Source: Lingula anatina
Lineage: Eukaryota; Animalia; Brachiopoda
Length of the DNA: 64,000 bases
NCBI GenBank assembly: GCA_051362555.1
Contig: CM120640.1
Coordinates: forward strand, 30,833,967 to 30,897,966
Reading direction: 5' to 3'
Shown: one piece after another, positions 37,301 through 51,100 of the stretch
Layout of the letters: each line of letters begins with the position of its first letter
Position numbering within the stretch: position 1 is the stretch's first letter
Made by a program: the position numbers and the translations under genes
Notes under the pieces: generated by a model
Seen by the model: the letters and a program-made list of their open reading frames with translations, nothing else
What the model was told of the DNA's origin: nothing
Databases searched by the model: none

Positions 37301-40300
37301 TGTGATAAGCTGATCAGTTGTATGTATTGAATGAAAAGTGTTTTTTAGGACAATATATTTAAGAAAACCAAAAATTACATTGAAAAGACTGGGAATTCGC
37401 AGGACTTGAAATATTTAAACGTTAATAATTTTGTCTAATCTAGTCCAATATTTCTGAAATTTGTACAAATGATGCTTAACAACAATAAAAATCTGTGATA
37501 AGCTGATCAGTTGTCTGTGTCTATTGAAAAGTGTTTTTTGGGACAACATAGTTGGGAAAACTGAAAATTACATTGAAAAGCCTGGCATATCCCAGGACTT
37601 AAAATAGTTAAACGTTAATAATTTTGTCAAATCTTGTCGTATATTTCTGAAATTTGTACAAATGATGCTTAACAATAATAAAAATCTGTGATAAGCTGAT
37701 CAGTTATCTGAGTCTTTTTTTTAAGTGTCAAGTGTATGGGAAATTGATTATCAGAAGAGTGAGAATTAACCAAAACAAATATTTCAATATTGCAATGTAT
37801 TATTTACTCTGAAAGTAAACAGCAAATGTGATGATTTGAGGTTGTTTGTGTAAGAGGTTGCAAATTTCCTATAACTGTCAGCTGGAAAACAATATATACC
37901 CATACAAGAGTTCTCCTTACTACCTCTGCAAGATGCAGATTAGCCCTTTCCGGAAGGGGTTGTTGTTATCACAATACTCAACAAGGCCCTAAATTTTGCC
38001 AAATATCATGTATTGTACACATGGAGAAGACACAGTGCTGCTCTTGGTGGTATCTTTCACTGCCTGCTTTTTCAGCTTTTTCATGGTGAGGGTACTCTGA
38101 AACAAGAACAATATAACTGAAAGGACTGAAAATTACATTTGAAAAGAATGACAAATTCAGTGACTCAATTAAAATAGTTAAACGTTAATAATTTTGTCTG
38201 ATCTAGTCCAATATTTCTGAAATTTGTACAAATAATGCTTAACAAAAATAAAAATCTGTGATAAGCTGACCAGTTGTTTGTATTCAATGAAAAGTTTTTT
38301 TTAGGACAAGATATTTGCGAAAACCAAAAATTACATTGAAAAGACTGGCAAATCCCAAGCCTTAAAATAGTTAAACGTTAATAATTTCGTCAAATTTTGT
38401 CCTATATTTCTGAAATTTGTACAAATGATGCTTAACAACAATAGAAATATGTGATAAGCTGATCAGTTGTCTGTATTGAATGAAAAGTGTTTTTTAGGAC
38501 AATATATTTGCGAAAGCCAAAAATTACATTGAAAAGACTGGGAATTCGCAGGACTTGAAATAGTTAAACGTTAATAATTTTGTCTAAACTAGTCCAATAT
38601 TTCTGAAATTTGTACAAATGATGCTTAACAACAATAAAAATCTGTGATGAGCTGATCAGTTGTCTGTGTCTAATGAAAAGTGTTTTTTGGGACAACATAG
38701 TTGGGAAAACTGAAAATTACATTGAAAAGACTGGCAAAACCCAGACCTTAAAATAGTTAAACATTAATAATTTTGTCAAATCTGGTCCAATATTTATGAA
38801 ATTTGTACAAATGATGCTTAACAACAATAAAAATCTGTGATAAGCTGATCAGTTGTCTGTGTCTAATGAAAAGTGTTTTTTGGGACAACATAGTTGGGAA
38901 AACTGAAAATTACATTGAAAAGACTGGCAAAACCCAGACCTTAAAATAGTTAAACGTTAATAATTTTGTCAAATCTGGTCCAATATTTATGAAATTTGTA
39001 CAAATGATGCTTAACAACAATAGAAATCTGTGATAAGCTGATCAGTTATCTGAGTCTTTTTTTTAAGTGTCAAGTGTATGGGAAATTGATTATCAGAAGA
39101 GTGAGAATTAACCAAAACAAATATTTCAATATTGCAATGTATTATTTACTCTGAAAGTAAACAGCAAATGTGATGATTTGAGGTTGTTTGTGTAAGAGGT
39201 TGCAAATTTCCTATAACTGTCAGCTGGAAAACAATATATACCCATACAAGAGTTCTCCTTACTACCTCTGCAAGATGCAGATTAGCCCTTTCCGGAAGGG
39301 GTTGTTGTTATCACAATACTCAACAAGGCCCTAAATTTTGCCAAATATCATGTATTGTACACATGGAGAAGACACAGTGCTGCTCTTGGTGGTATCTTTC
39401 ACTGCCTGCTTTTTCAGCTTTTTCATGGTGAGGGTACTCTGAAACAAGAACAATATAACTGAAAGGACTGAAAATTACATTTGAAAAGAATGACAAATTC
39501 AGTGACTCAATTAAAATAGTTAAACGTTAATAATTTTGTCTGATCTAGTCCAATATTTCTGAAATTTGTACAAATAATGCTTAACAAAAATAAAAATCTG
39601 TGATAAGCTGACCAGTTGTTTGTATTCAATGAAAAGTTTTTTTTAGGACAAGATATTTGCGAAAACCAAAAATTACATTGAAAAGACTGGCAAATCCCAA
39701 GCCTTAAAATAGTTAAACGTTTATAATTTCGTCAAATTTTGTCCTATATTTCTGAAATTTGTACAAATGATGCTTAACAACAATAGAAATATGTGATAAG
39801 CTGATCAGTTGTCTGTATTGAATGAAAAGTGTTTTTTAGGACAATATATTTGCGAAAGCCAAAAATTACATTGAAAAGACTGGGAATTCGCAGGACTTGA
39901 AATAGTTAAACGTTAATAATTTTGTCTAAACTAGTCCAATATTTCTGAAATTTGTACAAATGATGCTTAACAACAATAAAAATCTGTGATAAGCTGATCA
40001 GTTGTCTGTGTCTAATGAAAAGTGTTTTTTGGGACAACATAGTTGGGAAAACTGAAAATTACATTGAAAAGACTGGCAAAACCCAGACCTTAAAATAGTT
40101 AAACATTAATAATTTTGTCAAATCTGGTCCAATATTTATGAAATTTGTACAAATGATGCTTAACAACAATAGAAATCTGTGATAAGCTGATCAGTTATCT
40201 GAGTCTTTTTTTTTTTAAGTGTCAAGTGTATGGGAAATTGATTATCAGAAGAGTGAGAATTAACCAAAACAAATATTACAATATTGCAATGTATTATTTA

Positions 40301-42110
40301 CTCTGAAAGTAAACAGCAAATGTGATGATTTGAGGTTGTTTGTGTAAGAGGTTGCAAATTTCCTATAACTGTCATCTGGAAAACAATATATACCCATTCA
40401 AGAGTTCTCCTTACTACCTCTGCAAGATGCAGATTACTCCTTTCTGGAAGGGGTTGTTGTTATCACAATACTCAACAAGGCCCTAAATCTTGCCAAATAT
40501 CATGTATTGTACACATGGAGAAGACACATTGCTGCTCTTGGTGGTATCTTTCACTGCCTGCTTTTTCAGCTTTTTCATGGTGAGGGTTCCCTAAACGAAG
40601 AACAATATAACTGAAAGGACTGAAATTTACATTTGAAAAGAATGACAAATTCAGTGACTTAATTAAAATAGTTAAACGTTAATAATTTTGTCTAATCTCC
40701 AAAATTTCTGAAATTTGTACAAATGATGCTTAACTACAATAAAAATCTGTGATAAGCTGATCAGTTGTCTGTGTGTAATGAAAAGTGATTTTTGGGACAA
40801 CTTATTTGGGAAAACTGAAAATTACATTGAAAAGACTGGCAAATCCCAGGCCTTAAAATAGTTAAACGATAATAATTTTGTCAAATCTGGTCCAATATTT
40901 CTGAAATTTGTACAAATGATGCTTAACAACAATAAAAATCTGTGATAAGCTGATCAGTTGTCTGTATTGAATGAAAAGTGTTTTTTAGGACAATATATTT
41001 GCGAAAACCAAAAATTGCATTGAAAAGACTGGGAAAATCCCAGGCCTTAAAATAGTTAAATGTTAATAATTTCGTCAAATTTTTTCCTATATTTCTGAAA
41101 TTTGTACAAATGATGCTAAACAACAATAGAAATCTGTGATAAGCTGATCAGTTGTCTGTATTTAATGAAAAGTGTTTTTTGGGACAACATATTTGGGAAA
41201 ACTGAAAATTACGCTGAAAATACTGGGAATTTGCAGGACTTGAAATATTTAAACGTTAATAATTTTGTCTAATCTAGTCCAATATTTCTGAAATTTGTAC
41301 AAATGATGCTTAACAACAAAAAAAATCTGTGATAAGCTGATCAGTTGTCTGTGTCTAATGAAAAGTGTTTTTTGGGACAACATAGTTGGGAAAACTGAAA
41401 ATTACATTGAAAAGCCTGGCATATCCCAGGCCTTAAAATAGTTAAACGTTAATAATTTTGTCAAATCTTGTCGTATATTTCTGAAATTTGTACAAATGAT
41501 GCTTAACAATAATAAAAATCTGTGATAAGCTGATCAGTTATCTGAGTCTTTTTTTTTTAAGTGTCAAGTGTATGGGAAATTGATCACCAGAAGAGTGAGA
41601 ATTAACCAAAACAAATATTACACTATTGCAATGTATTATTTACTGTGAAAGTAAACAGCAAATGTGATGATTTGAGGTTGTTTGTGTAAGAGGTTGCAAA
41701 TTACCTATAACTGTCATCTGGAAAACAATATATACCCATACAAGAGTTTTCATTACTACCTCTGCAAGATGCAGATTACTCCTTTCTGGAAGGGGTTGTT
41801 GTTATCACAATACTCAACAAGGCCTTAAATCTTGCCAAATATCATGTATTGTACACATGGAGAAGACAAAGTGCTGCTCTTGGTGGTATCTTTCACTGCC
41901 TGCTTTTTCAGCTTTTTCATGGTGAGGGTACTCTGAAACAAGAACAATATAACTGAAAGGACTGAAAATTACATTTGAAAAGAATGACAAATTCGGTGAC
42001 TTAATTAAAATAGTTAAATGTTAATAATTTCGTCAAATTTTGTCCTATATTTCTGAAATTTGTACAAATGATGCTTAACAACAATAGAAATCTGTGATAA
42101 GCTGATCAGT

Positions 42111-45100
42111 TATCTGAGTCTTTTTTTTTTAAGTGTCAAGTGTATGGGAAATTGATTATCAGAAGAGTGAGAATTAACCAAAACAAATATTTCAATATTG
42201 CAATGTATTATTTACTCTGAAAGTAAACAGCAAATGTGATGATTTGAGGTTGTTTGTGTAAGAGGTTGCAAATTTCCTATAACTGTCAGCTGGAAAACAA
42301 TATATACCCATACAAGAGTTCTCCTTACTACCTCTGCAAGATGCAGATTAGCCCTTTCCGGAAGGGGTTGTTGTTATCACAATACTCAACAAGGCCCTAA
42401 ATTTTGCCAAATATCATGTATTGTACACATGGAGAAGACACAGTGCTGCTCTTGGTGGTATCTTTCACTGCCTGCTTTTTCAGCTTTTTCATGGTGAGGG
42501 TACTCTGAAACAAGAACAATATAACTGAAAGGACTGAAAATTACATTTGAAAAGAATGACAAATTCGGTGACTTAATTAAAATAGTTAAATGTTAATAAT
42601 TTCGTCAAATTTTGTCCTATATTTCTGAAATTTGTACAAATGATGCTTAACAACAATAGAAATATGTGATAAGCTGATCAGTTGTCTGTATTGAATGAAA
42701 AGTGTTTTTTAGGACAATATATTTGCGAAAACCAAAAATTACATTGAAAAGACTGGGAATTCGCAGGACTTGAAATAGTTAAACGTTAATAATTTTGTCT
42801 AAACTAGTCCAATATTTCTGAAATTTGTACAAATGATGCTTAACAACAATAAAAATCTGTGATAAGCTGATCAGTTGTCTGTGTCTAATGAAAAGTGTTT
42901 TTTGGGACAACATAGTTGGGAAAACTGAAAATTACATTGAAAAGACTGGCAAAACCCAGACCTTAAAATAGTTAAACGTTAATAATTTTGTCAAATCTGG
43001 TCCAATATTTATGAAATTTGTACAAATGATGCTTAACAACAATAGAAATCTGTGATAAGCTGATCAGTTATCTGAGTCTTTTTTTTAAGTGTCAAGTGTA
43101 TGGGAAATTGATTATCAGAAGAGTGAGAATTAACCAAAACAAATATTTCAATATTGCAATGTATTATTTACTCTGAAAGTAAACAGCAAATGTGATGATT
43201 TGAGGTTGTTTGTGTAAGAGGTTGCAAATTTCCTATAACTGTCAGCTGGAAAACAATATATACCCATACAAGAGTTCTCCTTACTACCTCTGCAAGATGC
43301 AGATTAGCCCTTTCCGGAAGGGGTTGTTGTTATCACAATACTCAACAAGGCCCTAAATTTTGCCAAATATCATGTATTGTACACATGGAGAAGACACAGT
43401 GCTGCTCTTGGTGGTATCTTTCACTGCCTGCTTTTTCAGCTTTTTCATGGTGAGGGTACTCTGAAACAAGAACAATATAACTGAAAGGACTGAAAATTAC
43501 ATTTGAAAAGAATGACAAATTCAGTGACTCAATTAAAATAATTAAACGTTAATAATTTTGTCTGATCTAGTCCAATATTTCTGAAATTTGTACAAATAAT
43601 GCTTAACAAAAATAAAAATCTGTGATAAGCTGACCAGTTGTTTGTATTCAATGAAAAGTTTTTTTTAGGACAAGATATTTGCGAAAACCAAAAATTACAT
43701 TGAAAAGACTGGCAAATCCCAAGCCTTAAAATAGTTAAACGTTAATAATTTCGTCAAATTTTGTCCTATATTTCTGAAATTTGTACAAATGATGCTTAAC
43801 AACAATAGAAATATGTGATAAGCTGATCAGTTGTCTGTATTGAATGAAAAGTGTTTTTTAGGACAATATATTTGCGAAAGCCAAAAATTACATTGAAAAG
43901 ACTGGGAATTCGCAGGACTTGAAATAGTTAAACGTTAATAATTTTGTCTAAACTAGTCCAATATTTCTGAAATTTGTACAAATGATGCTTAACAACAATA
44001 AAAATCTGTGATAAGCTGATCAGTTGCCTGTGTCTAATGAAAAGTGTTTTTTGGGACAACATAGTTGGGAAAACTGAAAATTACATTGAAAAGACTGGCA
44101 AAACCCAGACCTTAAAATAGTTAAACATTAATAATTTTGTCAAATCTGGTCCAATATTTATGAAATTTGTACAAATGATGCTTAACAACAATAAAAATCT
44201 GTGATAAGCTGATCAGTTGTCTGTGTCTAATGAAAAGTGTTTTTTGGGACAACATAGTTGGGAAAACTGAAAATTACATTGAAAAGACTGGCAAAACCCA
44301 GACCTTAAAATAGTTAAACGTTAATAATTTTGTCAAATCTGGTCCAATATTTATGAAATTTGTACAAATGATGCTTAACAACAATAGAAATCTGTGATAA
44401 GCTGATCAGTTATCTGAGTCTTTTTTTTAAGTGTCAAGTGTATGGGAAATTGATTATCAGAAGAGTGAGAATTAACCAAAACAAATATTTCAATATTGCA
44501 ATGTATTATTTACTCTGAAAGTAAACAGCAAATGTGATGATTTGAGGTTGTTTGTGTAAGAGGTTGCAAATTTCCTATAACTGTCAGCTGGAAAACAATA
44601 TATACCCATACAAGAGTTCTCCTTACTACCTCTGCAAGATGCAGATTAGCCCTTTCCGGAAGGGGTTGTTGTTATCACAATACTCAACAAGGCCCTAAAT
44701 TTTGCCAAATATCATGTATTGTACACATGGAGAAGACACAGTGCTGCTCTTGGTGGTATCTTTCACTGCCTGCTTTTTCAGCTTTTTCATGGTGAGGGTA
44801 CTCTGAAACAAGAACAATATAACTGAAAGGACTGAAAATTACATTTGAAAAGAATGACAAATTCAGTGACTCAATTAAAATAGTTAAACGTTAATAATTT
44901 TGTCTGATCTAGTCCAATATTTCTGAAATTTGTACAAATAATGCTTAACAAAAATAAAAATCTGTGATAAGCTGACCAGTTGTTTGTATTCAATGAAAAG
45001 TTTTTTTTAGGACAAGATATTTGCGAAAACCAAAAATTACATTGAAAAGACTGGCAAATCCCAAGCCTTAAAATAGTTAAACGTTAATAATTTCGTCAAA

Positions 45101-48100
45101 TTTTGTCCTATATTTCTGAAATTTGTACAAATGATGCTTAACAACAATAGAAATATGTGATAAGCTGATCAGTTGTCTGTATTGAATGAAAAGTGTTTTT
45201 TAGGACAATATATTTGCGAAAGCCAAAAATTACATTGAAAAGACTGGGAATTCGCAGGACTTGAAATAGTTAAACGTTAATAATTTTGTCTAAACTAGTC
45301 CAATATTTCTGAAATTTGTACAAATGATGCTTAACAACAATAAAAATCTGTGATAAGCTGATCAGTTGTCTGTATTGAATGAAAAGTGTTTTTTAGGACA
45401 ATATATTTGCGAAAGCCAAAAATTACATTGAAAAGACTGGGAATTCGCAGGACTTGAAATAGTTAAACGTTAATAATTTTGTCTAAACTAGTCCAATATT
45501 TCTGAAATTTGTACAAATGATGCTTAACAACAATAAAAATCTGTGATAAGCTGATCAGTTGCCTGTGTCTAATGAAAAGTGTTTTTTGGGACAACATAGT
45601 TGGGAAAACTGAAAATTACATTGAAAAGACTGGCAAAACCCAGACCTTAAAATAGTTAAACGTTAATAATTTTGTCAAATCTGGTCCAATATTTATGAAA
45701 TTTGTACAAATGATGCTTAACAACAATAGAAATCTGTGATAAGCTGATCAGTTATCTGAGTCTTTTTTTTAAGTGTCAAGTGTATGGGAAATTGATTATC
45801 AGAAGAGTGAGAATTAACCAAAACAAATATTTCAATATTGCAATGTATTATTTACTCTGAAAGTAAACAGCAAATGTGATGATTTGAGGTTGTTTGTGTA
45901 AGAGGTTGCAAATTTCCTATAACTGTCAGCTGGAAAACAATATATACCCATACAAGAGTTCTCCTTACTACCTCTGCAAGATGCAGATTAGCCCTTTCCG
46001 GAAGGGGTTGTTGTTATCACAATACTCAACAAGGCCCTAAATTTTGCCAAATATCATGTATTGTACACATGGAGAAGACACAGTGCTGCTCTTGGTGGTA
46101 TCTATCACTGCCTGCTTTTTCAGCTTTTTCATGGTGAGGGTACTCTGAAACAAGAACAATATAACTGAAAGGACTGAAAATTACATTTGAAAAGAATGAC
46201 AAATTCAGTGACTCAATTAAAATAGTTAAACGTTAATAATTTTGTCTGATCTAGTCCAATATTTCTGAAATTTGTACAAATAATGCTTAACAAAAATAAA
46301 AATCTGTGATAAGCTGACCAGTTGTTTGTATTCAATGAAAAGTTTTTTTTAGGACAAGATATTTGCGAAAACCAAAAATTACATTGAAAAGACTGGCAAA
46401 TCCCAAGCCTTAAAATAGTTAAACGTTAATAATTTCGTCAAATTTTGTCCTATATTTCTGAAATTTGTACAAATGATGCTTAACAACAATAGAAATATGT
46501 GATAAGCTGATCAGTTGTCTGTATTGAATAAAAAGTGTTTTTTAGGACAATATATTTGCGAAAGCCAAAAATTACATTGAAAAGACTGGGAATTCGCAGG
46601 ACTTGAAATAGTTAAACGTTAATAATTTTGTCTAAACTAGTCCAATATTTCTGAAATTTGTACAAATGATGCTTAACAACAATAAAAATCTGTGATAAGC
46701 TGATCAGTTGTCTGTGTCTAATGAAAAGTGTTTTTGGGACAACATAGTTGGGAAAACTGAAAATTACATTGAAAAGACTGGCAAAACCCAGACCTTAAAA
46801 TAGTTAAACATTAATAATTTTGTCAAATCTGGTCCAATATTTCTGAAATTTGTACAAATGATGCTTAACAACAATAAAAATCTGTGATAAGCTGATCAGT
46901 TGTCTGTGTCTAATGAAAAGTGTTTTTTGGGACAACATAGTTGGGAAAACTGAAAATTACATTGAAAAGACTGGCAAAACCCAGACCTTAAAATAGTTAA
47001 ACATTAATAATTTTGTCAAATCTGGTCCAATATTTATGAAATTTGTACAAATGATGCTTAACAACAATAGAAATCTGTGATAAGCTGATCAGTTATCTGA
47101 GTCTTTTTTTTTTTAAGTGTCAAGTGTATGGGAAATTGATTATCAGAAGAGTGAGAATTAACCAAAACAAATATTTCAATATTGCAATGTATTATTTACT
47201 CTGAAAGTAAACAGCAAATGTGATGATTTGAGGTTGTTTGTGTAAGAGGTTGCAAATTTCCTATAACTGTCAGCTGGAAAACAATATATACCCATACAAG
47301 AGTTCTCCTTACTACCTCTGCAAGATGCAGATTAGCCCTTTCCGGAAGGGGTTGTTGTTATCACAATACTCAACAAGGCCCTAAATCTTGCCAAATATCA
47401 TGTATTGTACACATGGAGAAGACACAGTGCTGCTCTTGGTGGTATCTTTCACTGCCTGATTTTTCAGCTTTTTCATGGTGAGGGTACTCTGAAACAAGAA
47501 CAATATAACTGAAAGGACTGAAAATTACATTTGAAAAGAATGACAAATTCGGTGACTTAATTAAAATAGTTAAATGTTAATAATTTCGTCAAATTTTGTC
47601 CTATATTTCTGAAATTTGTACAAATGATGCTTAACAACAATAGAAATATGTGATAAGCTGATCAGTTGTCTGTATTGAATGAAAAGTGTTTTTTAGGACA
47701 ATATATTTGCGAAAACCAAAAATTACATTGAAAAGACTGGGAATTCGCAGGACTTGAAATAGTTAAACGTTAATAATTTTGTCTAAACTAGTCCAATATT
47801 TCTGAAATTTGTACAAATGATGCTTAACAACAATAAAAATCTGTGATAAGCTGATCAGTTGTCTGTGTCTAATGAAAAGTGTTTTTTGGGACAACATAGT
47901 TGGGAAAACTGAAAATTACATTGAAAAGACTGGCAAAACCCAGACCTTAAAATAGTTAAACGTTAATAATTTTGTCAAATCTGGTCCAATATTTATGAAA
48001 TTTGTACAAATGATGCTTAACAACAATAGAAATCTGTGATAAGCTGATCAGTTATCTGAGTCTTTTTTTTAAGTGTCAAGTGTATGGGAAATTGATTATC

Positions 48101-51100
48101 AGAAGAGTGAGAATTAACCAAAACAAATATTTCAATATTGCAATGTATTATTTACTCTGAAAGTAAACAGCAAATGTGATGATTTGAGGTTGTTTGTGTA
48201 AGAGGTTGCAAATTTCCTATAACTGTCAGCTGGAAAACAATATATACCCATACAAGAGTTCTCCTTACTACCTCTGCAAGATGCAGATTAGCCCTTTCCG
48301 GAAGGGGTTGTTGTTATCACAATACTCAACAAGGCCCTAAATTTTGCCAAATATCATGTATTGTACACATGGAGAAGACACAGTGCTGCTCTTGGTGGTA
48401 TCTTTCACTGCCTGCTTTTTCAGCTTTTTCATGGTGAGGGTACTCTGAAACAAGAACAATATAACTGAAAGGACTGAAAATTACATTTGAAAAGAATGAC
48501 AAATTCAGTGACTCAATTAAAATAGTTAAACGTTAATAATTTTGTCTGATCTAGTCCAATATTTCTGAAATTTGTACAAATAATGCTTAACAAAAATAAA
48601 AATCTGTGATAAGCTGACCAGTTGTTTGTATTCAATGAAAAGTTTTTTTTAGGACAAGATATTTGCGAAAACCAAAAATTACATTGAAAAGACTGGCAAA
48701 TCCCAAGCCTTAAAATAGTTAAACGTTAATAATTTCGTCAAATTTTGTCCTATATTTCTGAAATTTGTACAAATGATGCTTAACAACAATAGAAATATGT
48801 GATAAGCTGATCAGTTGTCTGTATTGAATGAAAAGTGTTTTTTAGGACAATATATTTGCGAAAGCCAAAAATTACATTGAAAAGACTGGGAATTCGCAGG
48901 ACTTGAAATAGTTAAACGTTAATAATTTTGTCTAAACTAGTCCAATATTTCTGAAATTTGTACAAATGATGCTTAACAACAATAAAAATCTGTGATAAGC
49001 TGATCAGTTGCCTGTGTCTAATGAAAAGTGTTTTTTGGGACAACATAGTTGGGAAAACTGAAAATTACATTGAAAAGACTGGCAAAACCCAGACCTTAAA
49101 ATAGTTAAACATTAATAATTTTGTCAAATCTGGTCCAATATTTATGAAATTTGTACAAATGATGCTTAACAACAATAAAAATCTGTGATAAGCTGATCAG
49201 TTGTCTGTGTCTAATGAAAAGTGTTTTTTGGGACAACATAGTTGGGAAAACTGAAAATTACATTGAAAAGACTGGCAAAACCCAGACCTTAAAATAGTTA
49301 AACGTTAATAATTTTGTCAAATCTGGTCCAATATTTATGAAATTTGTACAAATGATGCTTAACAACAATAGAAATCTGTGATAAGCTGATCAGTTATCTG
49401 AGTCTTTTTTTTAAGTGTCAAGTGTATGGGAAATTGATTATCAGAAGAGTGAGAATTAACCAAAACAAATATTTCAATATTGCAATGTATTATTTACTCT
49501 GAAAGTAAACAGCAAATGTGATGATTTGAGGTTGTTTGTGTAAGAGGTTGCAAATTTCCTATAACTGTCAGCTGGAAAACAATATATACCCATACAAGAG
49601 TTCTCCTTACTACCTCTGCAAGATGCAGATTAGCCCTTTCCGGAAGGGGTTGTTGTTATCACAATACTCAACAAGGCCCTAAATTTTGCCAAATATCATG
49701 TATTGTACACATGGAGAAGACACAGTGCTGCTCTTGGTGGTATCTTTCACTGCCTGCTTTTTCAGCTTTTTCATGGTGAGGGTACTCTGAAACAAGAACA
49801 ATATAACTGAAAGGACTGAAAATTACATTTGAAAAGAATGACAAATTCAGTGACTCAATTAAAATAGTTAAACGTTAATAATTTTGTCTGATCTAGTCCA
49901 ATATTTCTGAAATTTGTACAAATAATGCTTAACAAAAATAAAAATCTGTGATAAGCTGACCAGTTGTTTGTATTCAATGAAAAGTTTTTTTTAGGACAAG
50001 ATATTTGCGAAAACCAAAAATTACATTGAAAAGACTGGCAAATCCCAAGCCTTAAAATAGTTAAACGTTAATAATTTCGTCAAATTTTGTCCTATATTTC
50101 TGAAATTTGTACAAATGATGCTTAACAACAATAGAAATATGTGATAAGCTGATCAGTTGTCTGTATTGAATGAAAAGTGTTTTTTAGGACAATATATTTG
50201 CGAAAGCCAAAAATTACATTGAAAAGACTGGGAATTCGCAGGACTTGAAATAGTTAAACGTTAATAATTTTGTCTAAACTAGTCCAATATTTCTGAAATT
50301 TGTACAAATGATGCTTAACAACAATAAAAATCTGTGATAAGCTGATCAGTTGTCTGTATTGAATGAAAAGTGTTTTTTAGGACAATATATTTGCGAAAGC
50401 CAAAAATTACATTGAAAAGACTGGGAATTCGCAGGACTTGAAATAGTTAAACGTTAATAATTTTGTCTAAACTAGTCCAATATTTCTGAAATTTGTACAA
50501 ATGATGCTTAACAACAATAAAAATCTGTGATAAGCTGATCAGTTGCCTGTGTCTAATGAAAAGTGTTTTTTGGGACAACATAGTTGGGAAAACTGAAAAT
50601 TACATTGAAAAGACTGGCAAAACCCAGACCTTAAAATAGTTAAACGTTAATAATTTTGTCAAATCTGGTCCAATATTTATGAAATTTGTACAAATGATGC
50701 TTAACAACAATAGAAATCTGTGATAAGCTGATCAGTTATCTGAGTCTTTTTTTTAAGTGTCAAGTGTATGGGAAATTGATTATCAGAAGAGTGAGAATTA
50801 ACCAAAACAAATATTTCAATATTGCAATGTATTATTTACTCTGAAAGTAAACAGCAAATGTGATGATTTGAGGTTGTTTGTGTAAGAGGTTGCAAATTTC
50901 CTATAACTGTCAGCTGGAAAACAATATATACCCATACAAGAGTTCTCCTTACTACCTCTGCAAGATGCAGATTAGCCCTTTCCGGAAGGGGTTGTTGTTA
51001 TCACAATACTCAACAAGGCCCTAAATTTTGCCAAATATCATGTATTGTACACATGGAGAAGACACAGTGCTGCTCTTGGTGGTATCTTTCACTGCCTGCT

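Noticed and set aside
40923-41126. Identical 67-aa ORF in three places (also 59139-59342 and 63554-63757)
   Set aside because: Chance open frame across a monomer variant with a 1-bp insertion; identity reflects array duplication.
43340-43460. Alternative minus-strand frame of the block (HHEKAEKAGSERY...IWQDLGPC*) as the integrase N-terminal 'W....DL.GP' region
   Set aside because: The resemblance is too weak and the spacing wrong to claim by eye; it needs alignment to an intact element.
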